Shown here: positions 12,992 through 24,781 of the stretch, piece by piece
Layout of the letters: every line of letters starts with the position of its first letter
How positions within the stretch are numbered: the first letter of the stretch is position 1
Assembly: GCA_026023565.1 (NCBI GenBank)
Contig: JAPETS010000004.1
Span: forward strand, 62,001 to 126,000
Reading direction: 5' to 3'
Length of the DNA: 64,000 bases
From: Cirrosporium novae-zelandiae
Lineage: Eukaryota
Made by a program: the position numbers and the translations under genes
The notes under the pieces: model-generated
Seen by the model: the letters and a program-made list of their open reading frames with translations, nothing else
Databases searched by the model: none
What the model was told of the DNA's origin: nothing

Positions 12992-15705
12992 ATGGCGTCA
13001 GAAACTAGACAAAAGACTGGTATATTCGTTCTTATCAATTTCGATTCATTAGGCAATTGCTAATTGTAGAATTTCTATCCTTTAGCCATTATCTCTGTCT
13101 ACAACAAGACCGGTATGTGTTTGTCCTTTCTTCATCTTCCTAACTTGCCACCACACTAAATTTTTAAGTTGGAACTTGACTTTGCTGATATCTATCTTTT
13201 CTTTCTATAGGCCTTCTAGATCTTGCAAAGGGTTTATCTGCCCACAAAATCCGTATCCTTGCGAGTGGAGGTACGGCACGCTTGATTCGCGAAGGGGGGT
13301 TCGAGTGCGAGTAAGTAAACAGTGAGCGACATGCCTACTTTTTACTAGCTACCGACTACCAACAGTTCTAACATATTTCCCGTTCCTAGAGATGTTTCAG
13401 CCGTAACCCATAGCCCAGAGATTCTGAGCGGCAGGTAAGGAAGCCTGGTCAATTGGTGGAACCTGAAGGACAATAGAGCTGAAGTGGTTTAGAGTCAAGA
13501 CTCTCCACCCGGCCGTACATGCTGGAATACTTGCCCGTAATCTTGCTTCCGATGAAAAGGATCTCGCCGAGCAAAATATAAATAAAGTGTGTCGAATTTA
13601 AGCGTGGTTGAGAAATAATTTCTTACACATACCTATAGGTTGATTATGTTGTGTGCAACCTTTATCCCTTCAAAGACACAATCGCGAAAATCAATGTCAC
13701 AATTCCCGAAGCAGTTGAGGAAATTGATATCGGAGGTGTAACGCTTATTCGGGCAGCTGCCAAGAACCATGCTCGGGTTACAATTCTAACAGACCCCGAG
13801 GACTATCCAGAGGTAATGATCATCCCCATTGTCTTCATACCCATGGAGCCGATCATGCTTACCGATTATTCATTAGTTCCTAAAGGAGCTAGAGAAGGGT
13901 GAGGTAGCGGAGAAAAGCAAGAAGCTGTATGCTCTGAAGGCATTCGAGCATACAGCAGACTATGACTCGGAGATTGCTGCATTCTTCCGCAAGAAGTATG
14001 CAAGTAATGGGATACAGCATCTCGCACTTCGATACGGTGCAAACCCCCACCAGAAGTCAGCATCTGCATGCATTAAACACGGACAGCTCCCCTTCAAGGT
14101 TCGTAATTCCCGTTGAATTCACACACTTTGGTACATGTTACCCGTTACTCATAACATTTTTGCTTGGAGTTACAAGTTTCATTATTAACATAAAATCGCA
14201 GGTTTTAAATGGGTCACCAGGATATATCAATCTTCTAGATTCCTTGAATGCATGGCCACTTGTCAAAGAGCTTAAAGCAGCACTTGGACTCCCGGCAGCT
14301 GCAAGTTTCAAGGTACCTAAGCAATTGCCATGCTAAGGAGGCCGTATCCCGTAGCTAATCGATTGCTAGCATGTATCGCCTGCTGGCGCTGCCGTTGGCG
14401 TTCCACTAAATGAAAAAGAAAGAAAAGTCTACATGGTTGATGATATCGATGGCCTCGCTGATTCTCCTCTTGCTCAAGCTTATGCTAGAGCACGGGGTGC
14501 GGATCGCATGTCTAGCTTCGGCGATATTATTGCTCTCTCTGATGAGGTAGATATCCCAACCGCAAAAATCATCTCCAGAGAAGTCAGTGATGGTATGAAC
14601 TCAAGACATTAATATTTGACGGATATGGGAGTACTATATACTAATGGCTATTTAAGGCGTTATTGCTCCTGCTTATGACCCGGAGGCTCTTAAGATTCTG
14701 TCGAAAAAGAAGGGTGGAAAATATCTTGTTCTTCAAGTAGGTTCTCGTGGGGGGAGATTTTAAACCAGCACTCACTTATTTATATAGATGGATGAAACCT
14801 ACGAACCTCCTTCTCAAGAGGCGAGAACCGTTTACGGAATCCATTTATCGCAACATCGTAACGATGCTGAGATCACTCCCGATAGCTCGTTCAACTCTAT
14901 TATCAGGCCCAAGAATTCTCCTCCATTACCATCGTCCGCATTGCGGGATTTAACTGTACGATCTCATGCAATTTCTATTCAAAGATGTGAAACATGATGA
15001 CAATGGGAACTAATAACCTCTCAGGTTGCAACGCTAGCTCTAAAGTACACCCAATCCAATTCTGTAAGCTATCAACCTTCCACTACTTCAAAGGGAATGG
15101 TGCTAATTCTGGATTTATAGGTATGCTATGCTCTACAAGGGCAGTTGATTGGTCTAGGAGCTGGACAACAAAGGTAACATAAATCCAACTAAGCCCTGTA
15201 GCTACTGCTAATGGTTTTTCTCAAGTCGTATTCATTGCACCCGACTTGCGGGCGACAAGGCCGACAATTGGTGGATGCGATTCCATGACCGCACTCTAGG
15301 TATTTATGCTTGGAGAATTAGAAAAAAACAAGCTAACGGGGTACAGGAATCAAATGGAAGAAAGGCACGAAACGTCCTGAGAAATCAAATGCAATTGATC
15401 TACTCTGCAGTGATCAGTTACCCAAAGATGGCCCAGAACGAGAGGACTATGAGCAAAAATTCGAAATTGTACCGGAAAAGTTCTCTGATGAGGAGCGTGC
15501 AGCCTGGCTCAGCAAATTGACCAATGTAGCGGTTGCCAGCGATGCCTTCTTCCCATTCACCGACAATGTCTTCCGGGCAGCCAGAAGTGGAGCGAAATAT
15601 ATCGCTGCCCCAACAGGTAGCCAAAACGATCAACCTGTCTTCGAGACGGCAGAAAAACTTGGGATAACGTTTGTCGAGAATCCCATTCGTTTGTTTCATC
15701 ATTGA
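12992..15705 (+). CDS. ADE17: Bifunctional AICAR transformylase / IMP cyclohydrolase (PurH)
   Basis: [78 protein letters not shown], ending RLFHH*; ~14 introns. Confidence 0.97.
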
Positions 15706-16544
15706 TATCCCTTCGTTTTAAAATACCACAGTGTTAATCAAGAAAAGCAACTCTTTGTTGGCTGATTTGCAGATAATGCGACGCTGAAAGCTTGAGTACT
15801 TGAAGTTTCTTCGCTGAATGTTTTCCTAACGGGGAAATCCCATTAGAAAACTAAGATAGCCTTTATAGAATGTGATGAGCCGTCTATATGTATTACATAT
15901 AACCGTTAGTTGTGTACCTAGATAGTTAGGTGTGCCCCAACAACTAGATATAGGGCGATCGAGCAAAGTCGTAGTCAAGTATAATTATTCTAAAAAATTG
16001 ATATCTTGTTACAGATGCCGGCCATATGCACATACCCCACCTTATATAGATTCCTGAGCTCGCATCTTAGAGTCTGGACCTCAAGTCATCATATCCACGC
16101 TAGTTATACCGTTGACTATTCTCGAAGAATCGTCTTACATTGATATTTCGGGAGAACACAATACATAAATAATAGATTTGGGCTTGTTATCTGGACTAAT
16201 TAAGTAAAAATAAGTTTACGTTTTAGAAATTTTATTTTAGATCGTTACACAAAATAATATAAAAGCATAAGGCCTACTTAACGATATTTTCATTGCCGGT
16301 CTTGGCAAATAAATCATTGCATTTGCTCCGCGAGCTGGTGGTCAATAGGCTGTCTCAGCGAGCCACAAAATTAGCCATTGTGATAACGCCGTAGCTGTGC
16401 ACTCTATATAGACGATAACCGATACGATCACTGTCGCTTTACAGGAGGGGCTTTGACAATGTCAGGCTGTATTCATATAGCCTCCCTGTGAGGACTTGGA
16501 CAGAAGTCCGACGAAACTCTACCGTTTCAATCTCGTAGGCTTGA

Positions 16545-19500
16545 GACGAGTTATCTCAAGAGTTCCTAAGTCATAGTACCTCATGGACAGAGAATTTCAT
16601 CTTTGCATGCGCGCCCATTGGGATATTGACTGCAGTTGTTTCAGTGATTAAAGTTGGAGGAAGCCCGCGGCTGAAGGCTGTCATTGGGAGAGCTAGAGAG
16701 CCTGAAGCTGGGGCAGAGCTTGAACTTATGAGGTGAGGAGTCACGAAGCTGTGCACGTCCTATACTCATTACTGTCATTTGCTTATGTCAAATGTCTTTA
16801 CAGTTCTACCTCGTCAGATATCTGTGAGCTGTGGAACGGAGTTGGCATCGTACGAGTTGTTGGTACGCCGTCGATGTTAGAGCTGATATATCGCAGCGGG
16901 GCCAATGTTGGAGTTGCAGACGGTAGCAGTTCCGCCGAAGTCCATACTCTGGACACCGTTAAAGCGAGTGGTGTATATGCCCTCAAATCATGTGGCAACG
17001 ATTCTGAAAAGGGCTCTGCCGACAATTATGACTCCGAATCCGGTGAGTCGCTGAGGGGGTCTAAGCTCGGGCCATACTCGAATCAATTAAGACCGCCACC
17101 TAATCTATTCTTGAATATCTCTGGTGGTACTGTCTCCAACTGGGAACTAGTTCTTGTAGCCATGGTTGGCGCTTTTTTGCAGTTAGGAGTTTTTGTCTAT
17201 GATGGGTTGATAACTGTACCTTCGAAGGCTAGGCTGAATTCCTCGAGTTCACCTTATACCTTACCCTTTACCATCGCGGGCACTCTTGGAATGATATCGG
17301 GAGCCTATATTTGTGCACATGTTGTCGAGACAAGCACTGATGAAGAGGTCTGGGAAGCTGTTGGGCCTGGAAAATATTCTCTCCAGACCGTCTGGCTACA
17401 ACGTGGCCAAACTGTTGGAGACCAGGTCTTCAGATCCTTTGCAATTTATAACACTCTGAATCAGCAGGTGATCAGGACCTCACGAAAGACGTCGAACCTA
17501 AAGAGGTTGGAAGGTTGGGCGCTCCTGGGCTCTGCATTGAGCGTGATAAGTAAGTTGAACGGTCTAACTATTCACGTTTAGAAATTGAAATCTAAATCCT
17601 TCTCTCAGGTTTCGTCCTCCAATTCATTGGGTACGTATTCGTCACGCCTGCTATTTCTATGTTAACATCTTACAGGCTTCGTGCAATGCATTGGTCAGCA
17701 TGTATTGCCCAGCTACTCGTAACTGGTGTTATGGTAGTTCTGAGAGCCGTAATTCGTCGGAAGCTTTCCATGGTGCCAAAAGTCCAACCGTTACCCGCAG
17801 GCTTTGAACTCGACATCATGGCGAAAAATATTAATGGGTGTCAGAACTGGAAAATTCTCGCGACTCCTAGCTTTGACTTCTGTCCAGGAAAATGTAGTGT
17901 TAATATCTCATGCCTTGCTTCACGTATTTTACACACGAGAATTAGACTCACGGAACTTTCTGGATGGCCGGGCGAATTTTCAAAAACGGTCGACCAACTT
18001 ACCTGGACTATACAAGCTGCGATGGATCATTTTTTTAAGACGAAGGGCGATATCGTTATAAAAAACCTTTTTCAGCAGAGCGTAGAGTTCGTATGGAGTT
18101 TGCCCGTTTTGATCTTGAGAACTTCGACCGAAGAAGAAGGCGAGTTGAAGATTATCTTGAAACGAATGAAGGTCGACAACAAATGGTCCCCGTGGCAAAT
18201 AAGACAAGAGGAAATAGAGGCAGTGCTCTCGCTCTGGATGTCGCACTTCTTGCGCTTTTTGACCCCAGTCGCTGCCCCAAAACTGTGGATTCTTGGACCC
18301 AATAGTACTTTCCACCGCATCATATATGATTGGTGGATATATCGAAGAACACAAAAAGTTCAATTCGATAACATTCAGAACGGTTGCATTGATTCCAACG
18401 TGGACGAAAGGCGACTATTTGATTTGCAAGGATCGCGAGTAAACCTGAAAGGGCCGACCGAGGGAACGAATGGATTATTAGGAATTGTCACTAACGCAAG
18501 TTTGCAGGAAACGTGTGGCCAGTATCTGTTAGCATACTTCTTGAAAAATGTGATGCGCATTATAGACAGGCTCGAAGGGACTACACATATTAATCCTGGA
18601 TCCAGCCTAAATCAATTTACCCTGGTTAGCGATAGTATCAGAGGAATTGCAGAGACCCTACAGCAAAATGGATTGGTCTCAGCTGAAGATTCATATAGGC
18701 TATTGATACCGCCTCTCAGCGATGCGGACATGCTTCAAGATCCCTTTGATATTCTAGAAGATATTGTAACTGCATGTAAAGCCCAAATGGATACAGCTGA
18801 CCCGTCGACGGAACAGTCGTCATCAGAGAACACATTTTGGCGGCTTGTCTACCTCTGCAATAGGAAGGCAAAATTGCTGAGCTGCGAGGGACGTTGGGCT
18901 GACGCTGGGAGGACATCCATACAACTAATCAACGTGCGGAGCAATGCTCTAGATTCACATGATAACTCTACTCTTCAGGCACAACAAGCGATGAGGCAAT
19001 TTGCAGATGAATTTGTACGTTCAAGTATCAGTACGGGATCAGAACATAAGATGCGGCAAAAAAATATCGATGAACCATTCCGACTTCATGTAGCTGCGGC
19101 TAGAGGATATCTTGATCTTGTTTTCGAAGCACTCGAAGATGGAGTAGGAGTAGATACATGGGACGATGAGCACGAAACACCCATCAGTTTAACTATCAAA
19201 AACGGTCATGTAGACATTGCTTGCTTGCTTACTCATATTCTATAGCGCTCCAGTTGACCGCGAGACCCTTTACGACGCGGTTGATGAAAATGGGAGGAGC
19301 AGCTATCCTCAAGGCGACAAAATGGTCACCATCCTGCTATTGAATTTAGTGGATAAGACCGAGTTACTGCACGAGGCATCTGAAAAGGCATATGATGTGA
19401 TAATGAACTTGCAGCTTGGCATGGAATCGATACCACCAAGGATAGCAACGGGCTAACGCCGTTGGAGGTTGCCGCCAGAAATGGCAGTGTGGAGGTGGTC

Positions 19501-20378
19501 AAGATTCTAATATATCATGGAGCAGACGTGGCAGCAAAAGCGCCAAACGGGAGAACAGCACTACATCCAGCAGTTGAAAATGGCCGCCTCCAAATAACCA
19601 GCCTGCTCGTCGAGGCTGGCGCTGACCTCTCTGCTAGAGATGAGCTTAGACAAACCCCGTTACACGTAGCAGCTCTTGCTGGATCCACAGATACAGCCCG
19701 ACTCCTCTTCATCTTGCTGCAGTTAAAAGTCACGAGGAAATGGTTCGGTGGATGATTGATCACGGGGTCGACCAAAAGGCAAAGGACAATGACCAATCGA
19801 CAGCACTACACCTAGCAGCTCGTAACCGTGCTGAGAGAGTGATCGCGCTGTTGTCAGAAGACAGAGCCAACTTGGTAGCCAGGGATAAATACGGGCAGGA
19901 CCCGCTGACTGTTGCCGCGCGTGAAGACGGTCGCGAATCCGTTATCAGGATCATGGTCGAACGAGGCGCTGATATGCACTCACGCGATGTGTCCGGGCGA
20001 GGCGCCTTGGAATATGCAGCGCAAAGAGGCCACGAGGCAGTGATGAGGCTGCTGGTTGAGAAGGGCGTTCCGCCAGACAGCAAAGATGGCTTCGGACGCA
20101 CAGCTTTGCACTATGCTTCGATGGGAGGGCATGTGGCGACAATTCGTTTCCTCGTTAAAAAAGTCGCCAATACCAACGCCGTGGATAAGGACGGTTGGAC
20201 GTCGCTGCACTATACCAGCCGGACAGGGCACATGGAGGTCGAGTAGGTGTTGAAGGAGGCAGGCGCAGATGCCTCGTGCAAGGATCGGTTGGGCAACACG
20301 GCAGAGTTCTATCGTGATGACGGAGTGGGGGTAAATTTCTGGACCAGAGCTTTGTCTCCACCGTATCCGGCTCAGTAG
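16545..20378 (+). pseudogene. Multi-pass membrane protein with C-terminal ankyrin repeats, disrupted
   Basis: FLSHSTSWTENFIFACAPIGILTAVVS..IGRARE..ELMSSTS..CELWNG, intact introns, and ~10 ankyrin repeats (TPLH/TALH). No in-frame start before 16545; frameshifts ~19220, ~19410 and ~19703; TAG at 20244. Confidence 0.8.
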
Positions 20379-20781
20379 TGAGCAAAGCAGTATGTTTTGC
20401 TTTAGTAATACGATTTTCGACCTCTCTCTCTCTCCTTGTTGGTCGTAATAAGAATCTTATGGTCGTGGTGCGCCTTCAGGTAAGCTTCCTAGCAAAAGAC
20501 GTTTAAGAAAGCGATCCTCGAAACTATAATAATTCAGACTGCCTAGGTATTTATCGCTTTGTATACAGCTCGCTCTAGTCGTTCAAAAGCAAGCAAGCTT
20601 ATATTACCCCTTCACTTTGTATCTATACTTCAATTCAACAGAGTATAAGTAGATTTAAAGTTTAGCTAGTTAAAAAAATACAACACGATCTCACATTTAT
20701 ATTATATTTGTACAGTATAGTAGATATATTTACTAGTTCAAGTTATCCGGAAGCCAAGAAAAGAATTTTTTTATTTCATTT

Positions 20782-21982
20782 CTAGTTGCTGGTAAGCCAG
20801 TGCCAAGAAACAGACACCCGACCAGCTGCTTCATCGGCGAGGACATCGTAGGCGCTATTAGCCATATCGAGGTCCCATTTTGCGCAGGCTCCGCCTAGAA
20901 GGGGGGGAAAGGGGGGGACGTATTAGTCGAATCATGAACTTGTTGCATAGACACCACCAATCGACAAAAAAAAAACCATACACAACTCACATCTATCCAC
21001 AACCTTAACATCCACACTCTTGCCACCCCTCGTAGCCCTAATCTTCTTCCCACACGCGCGATTAAGATTCGGATTTGCGCCGACGGAAAAGGAATCGAAA
21101 AGGGAGATTGAAATCGCGACGATATGGTCTGAGACGGTGTTTGTGTACCCGCAGGCGCCGACTGAGGGTGTGAAGTAGGTTAGGTCGCCGGTGTGTTGGG
21201 CGCCGGTTATGGTGCCGCTGCTGCTGGATTGGGAACTATTTGGGGGAGAGGGAGGGAGGGTTAGTTAGTGTGTTGTACTTTGTTGTGTTGTTTGGGGATG
21301 GGGGGTGAGGTGGGGGATATGGGGCTTGTTTTGGGGGGGTTATGGTTGTTGGGGAGGGGGGAGATTGTTTCCTCGTATGGAAGACCCATTGGTGTAAAAG
21401 AGGAAGAGGGAAATGGGGGGGATTGGCTGCCCCAGAGGTAGAGAGGTAACAACCACAATAAAACGGTTAAGAAAATATGTTTTTGATAGAAGGCCCAGCA
21501 ATGACAGCGAATATGTGAAAGATAACCCAATCATTGAAAACATCTGAGCCATCTTGGAAACACGTAGAATTGATGATGGTAAAAAAGAAATATCAAAACC
21601 TTTTATGCTGTGTCAAGCCCACCGATAATCCAACGATCAACCCTGCGGCTACTACCCCAGCGACAACGGCGGCATAAAAATATCCCCGACGGAGACCGCA
21701 GATGCGACCTTGAGAAGAAGCAGCAGCAGTAGCAGAAAGAGGCACGAAAAAGCCGCGCAGTCGATCTTTCAATGAAAGCTTATACGGAGGAGGAGGGTCG
21801 GAGGGTATTTCTGGGTTTGTTGCCGCTGCTGCTGCTGCCGCCGTCGCCGTTGCTGTCCCCGTTGTTGTTGCTGGGACATCTTCCGTCTGGGGTGGAAGTG
21901 GTTTACGAGGGACTATGAACTCGCCGTCCGATGCTGGGAGCGATTGCGATGGGTTTGAGTTGGCGGTGGCTTCGAAAGGCAT
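20782..21982 (-). CDS. Membrane-anchored RlpA-like double-psi beta-barrel (expansin/Asp f7-like) protein
   Basis: TM ..GLIVGLSVGL, intron 21599-21236, then HTGDLTYFTPSVGACG..NPNLNRACGKKI..VVDRC|GACAKWDLDM..GRVSVSWHW*. Start codon uncertain. Confidence 0.85.
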
Positions 21983-22500
21983 GTTCACGCTGGGAACAAC
22001 TGGCAGGTCAACGCTTGGGGAATTGGCAGGTTGAAGAGGTGGTGGTGATCATTGCAACAACGAGCATTGAAATATGGGTAAGGGGATGTGACAATTGAAT
22101 GGCTATCTTGGTGGTCTTGGCGATCTCCGCGATCTCACACTAGGCCGCCATCTAAGCGCCATGGCTATTATCCTCAATCTTGAATATTCTGAATCCCTGG
22201 AACTTCTTCCAAATGTTGTTTTTCGTCCTGTACCGTCTTGATAGTTGATAGTTGACAGTCGATAGTTGATAGCTACTGAAAAGTCGGAAGTAATTGGGTT
22301 GGTGACCGAGGACCGAGGACCAAACAAAAGTGAATTAGAGAAGATTCTTGAAAATGCTTTATTGTCTGGGGTAACCCCGTCATCGTTTTTATTCCTCCGC
22401 TCATTGAATAGTCATCCCAAACTAATTACAAATAATAACAAGGCTTCCAAATTTTTTGGTAAAAACATCCCTGTTTTTTCCCCTTGACATAACATGACCC

Positions 22501-23811
22501 TCACAAATTTATCAATCCCACCACACCAGCACCGAAAAGTGCGGCTGCTCCTACTCCACCCGTCTGCATTGCTGCCGCCGCTGCTTTCTTGCTGGTGCTT
22601 GTCGCAGTACCTGTAGCCTGTGTTCCAACAATCCTCGTAGCCGAGGTGGCAGTCGCTTCCGGAATGACAGACGTTGGAGTCGACACGCCAGATGTGAACG
22701 GTACCGCACTTCCGGAAGATGCACCGGAATAAGCGGGTGTTTCCGAAGCAGAGGCGCTAGTGTTAGGTCGCTCGGCCGTGGCATTGGGGTTGAGGACACT
22801 ATGAAAGATGAGTTTCGATTTATATACCATTAGGCGGTAAAGAGGAAAGGCTTACTTGTCGATAATATGGAGGACGCCACCTGCCACGAGAATATCTGGT
22901 ACGATCACCCGCGCTGAGTTGACGTATATGCTTCCATTATTGATGGTGATGGTAATGTTGTTGTTGCTCAAGGTTCTGAGGCTGGTATTGTTACTTAGTC
23001 TAGTTGAGTAGCCCACAGAGTTGGGTCCATTTCCTTGAACCACATGGTATTCCAAGATACGCGAGAGTTCACTACTGCTGAGATTGGAGAGAGCAGAGCC
23101 AATGGATTGAAATGCACGATTCATGGGTGCAAATATTGTTACATCACGCGCCGTATCGATAATGGATGTTATGTTTGTGTAGTTGAGAGCCCCGACGACA
23201 GCCGTCAGATTAGCCGCGATAGCTGTTGTCGACACGTTCTGTGGAGGAATGAGAACATGATCAATTACATGAATGTAACCACCAGAAAATTCGATATTCT
23301 AGTAATGTCAGTAAGAAGCTCGCCCAACAGCTAAACAGGAGAGGCATACGGGTTGGCTGATGCTCGCATTTTGTAAAAGGCCAGAATAGAATGTACTGTT
23401 ATTGCCTGACTTAATAGTCTCGACAACTTGCCCTCCAGTCACATTCTCATAAGTAGTATTTACCAACATTGTTGGGATGAAGGACGGCGTCTGCATGAAT
23501 TGGCTGGCATTGTATGAGCCATTGAGGACATGGTACATAAGAATAGCTTCAATCAAGCCAGTATCATTGTTTGCGATTGACGACCCGTAAGTGCTATTTA
23601 TGAACGACGAAAATGCCATATCGTTGGGGGCAAGAATCGTGACATTTCTCGCATTTGATAAGGTATTGACAAGTTGCGGGAAAAAATTGACGTAGGTCGT
23701 CAAATTGGAAAGTTGCGAGTTTCCAGACAGGATAGATGTAAGATTCAGCATGGATTGAGCAGAAACACCTAAACCAACTAAGGCTAGAAGTACAAGCTGG
23801 TTGAAGTGCAT
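22501..23811 (-). CDS. Fasciclin (2x FAS1) cell-surface protein, probably GPI-anchored
   Basis: Signal peptide, TILAPNDMAF / TIFAPMNRAF, ILMYHV / ILEYHV, GGVLHIID, S/T/A-rich stalk and hydrophobic tail; introns ~23349-23299 and ~22855-22800. Confidence 0.92.
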
Positions 23812-24781
23812 GATGGATTATATTAATGACTGAAAAATACGTGGTAGTAAATTGGAGGCAACTAGGTCTTCAGCTGAGTTAAAAGTACACTGAGCTTCCG
23901 CAAACATCAAAGAAAGTGGGAGGATTTATATGAATCATGCAATACTAGTGGCGAATCATCAACGTAACAGACATGAACATATCCGAGAGGCGCAGCATAA
24001 CATCTCATACTTCTTCCAAGTTTTCATGTATTATAATTGAAAGAGAGTTGCCGTTCTAGACGAACCAGCGTAGCATTCAAAGGCATACTGCCCTAGAGTA
24101 CCTCTATGGGGGTAGGTCCATGACGTGGAGATCGGCAATATAATCCAAAATTCCATCAAAAAGCTAGAACAAGAGTAGTTGAGCTCAAGATCAAGAAATT
24201 AAAGAACTCAATTGAGTGGGAAGAGGTTACATGAGAACTCCACAACCGAAGCTTGGAAAGAGGGACACGAGGAGGATTGTCGCTGGCATCGTTGATGCCA
24301 GTGATGAAGGAAAGTTTGCCCGCTCGGGTTCAAAATTGATTAGAGTTGGTGTTTATCGACTGATTCGCGGGGTATGCCGCTGAAGGCTGAAGAGCTGAAG
24401 CCGTCCTGAACATCGTCAACTTCAAACTATTATACTGTGTAGATTTAAAATAGTAAAATAGATAAACTCCAACTGGAGAAAGAGGCCGTCAGGTTATCCA
24501 AGCTGCTACTTGTTTGATATCAAGTTGTGGGCGTGCAACATTTTTTTCGTACCGAGAATACTTCTTCCAGCGTCATACTATGCCCCATGGGTTTGCTGTA
24601 GCATCCATCTCATCCCAGCTTCATCGAGTACGTCCCATTAGAACAAAACTAGAAAAGCTGTGACCAAGAGGCAAACATCATGAACTTCAAAATATCCCAA
24701 AACTCCATTACCCACGCTTCGCTTGCTAATCATGATTGCCGCCCATGCTGCAACGTTCCACCATAACCATTCATAATCATA

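Noticed and set aside
24301..24363. Possible box C/D snoRNA (GTGATGA ... CTGA)
   Set aside because: No terminal stem and no rRNA-complementary guide that I could recognise; such motifs arise by chance.
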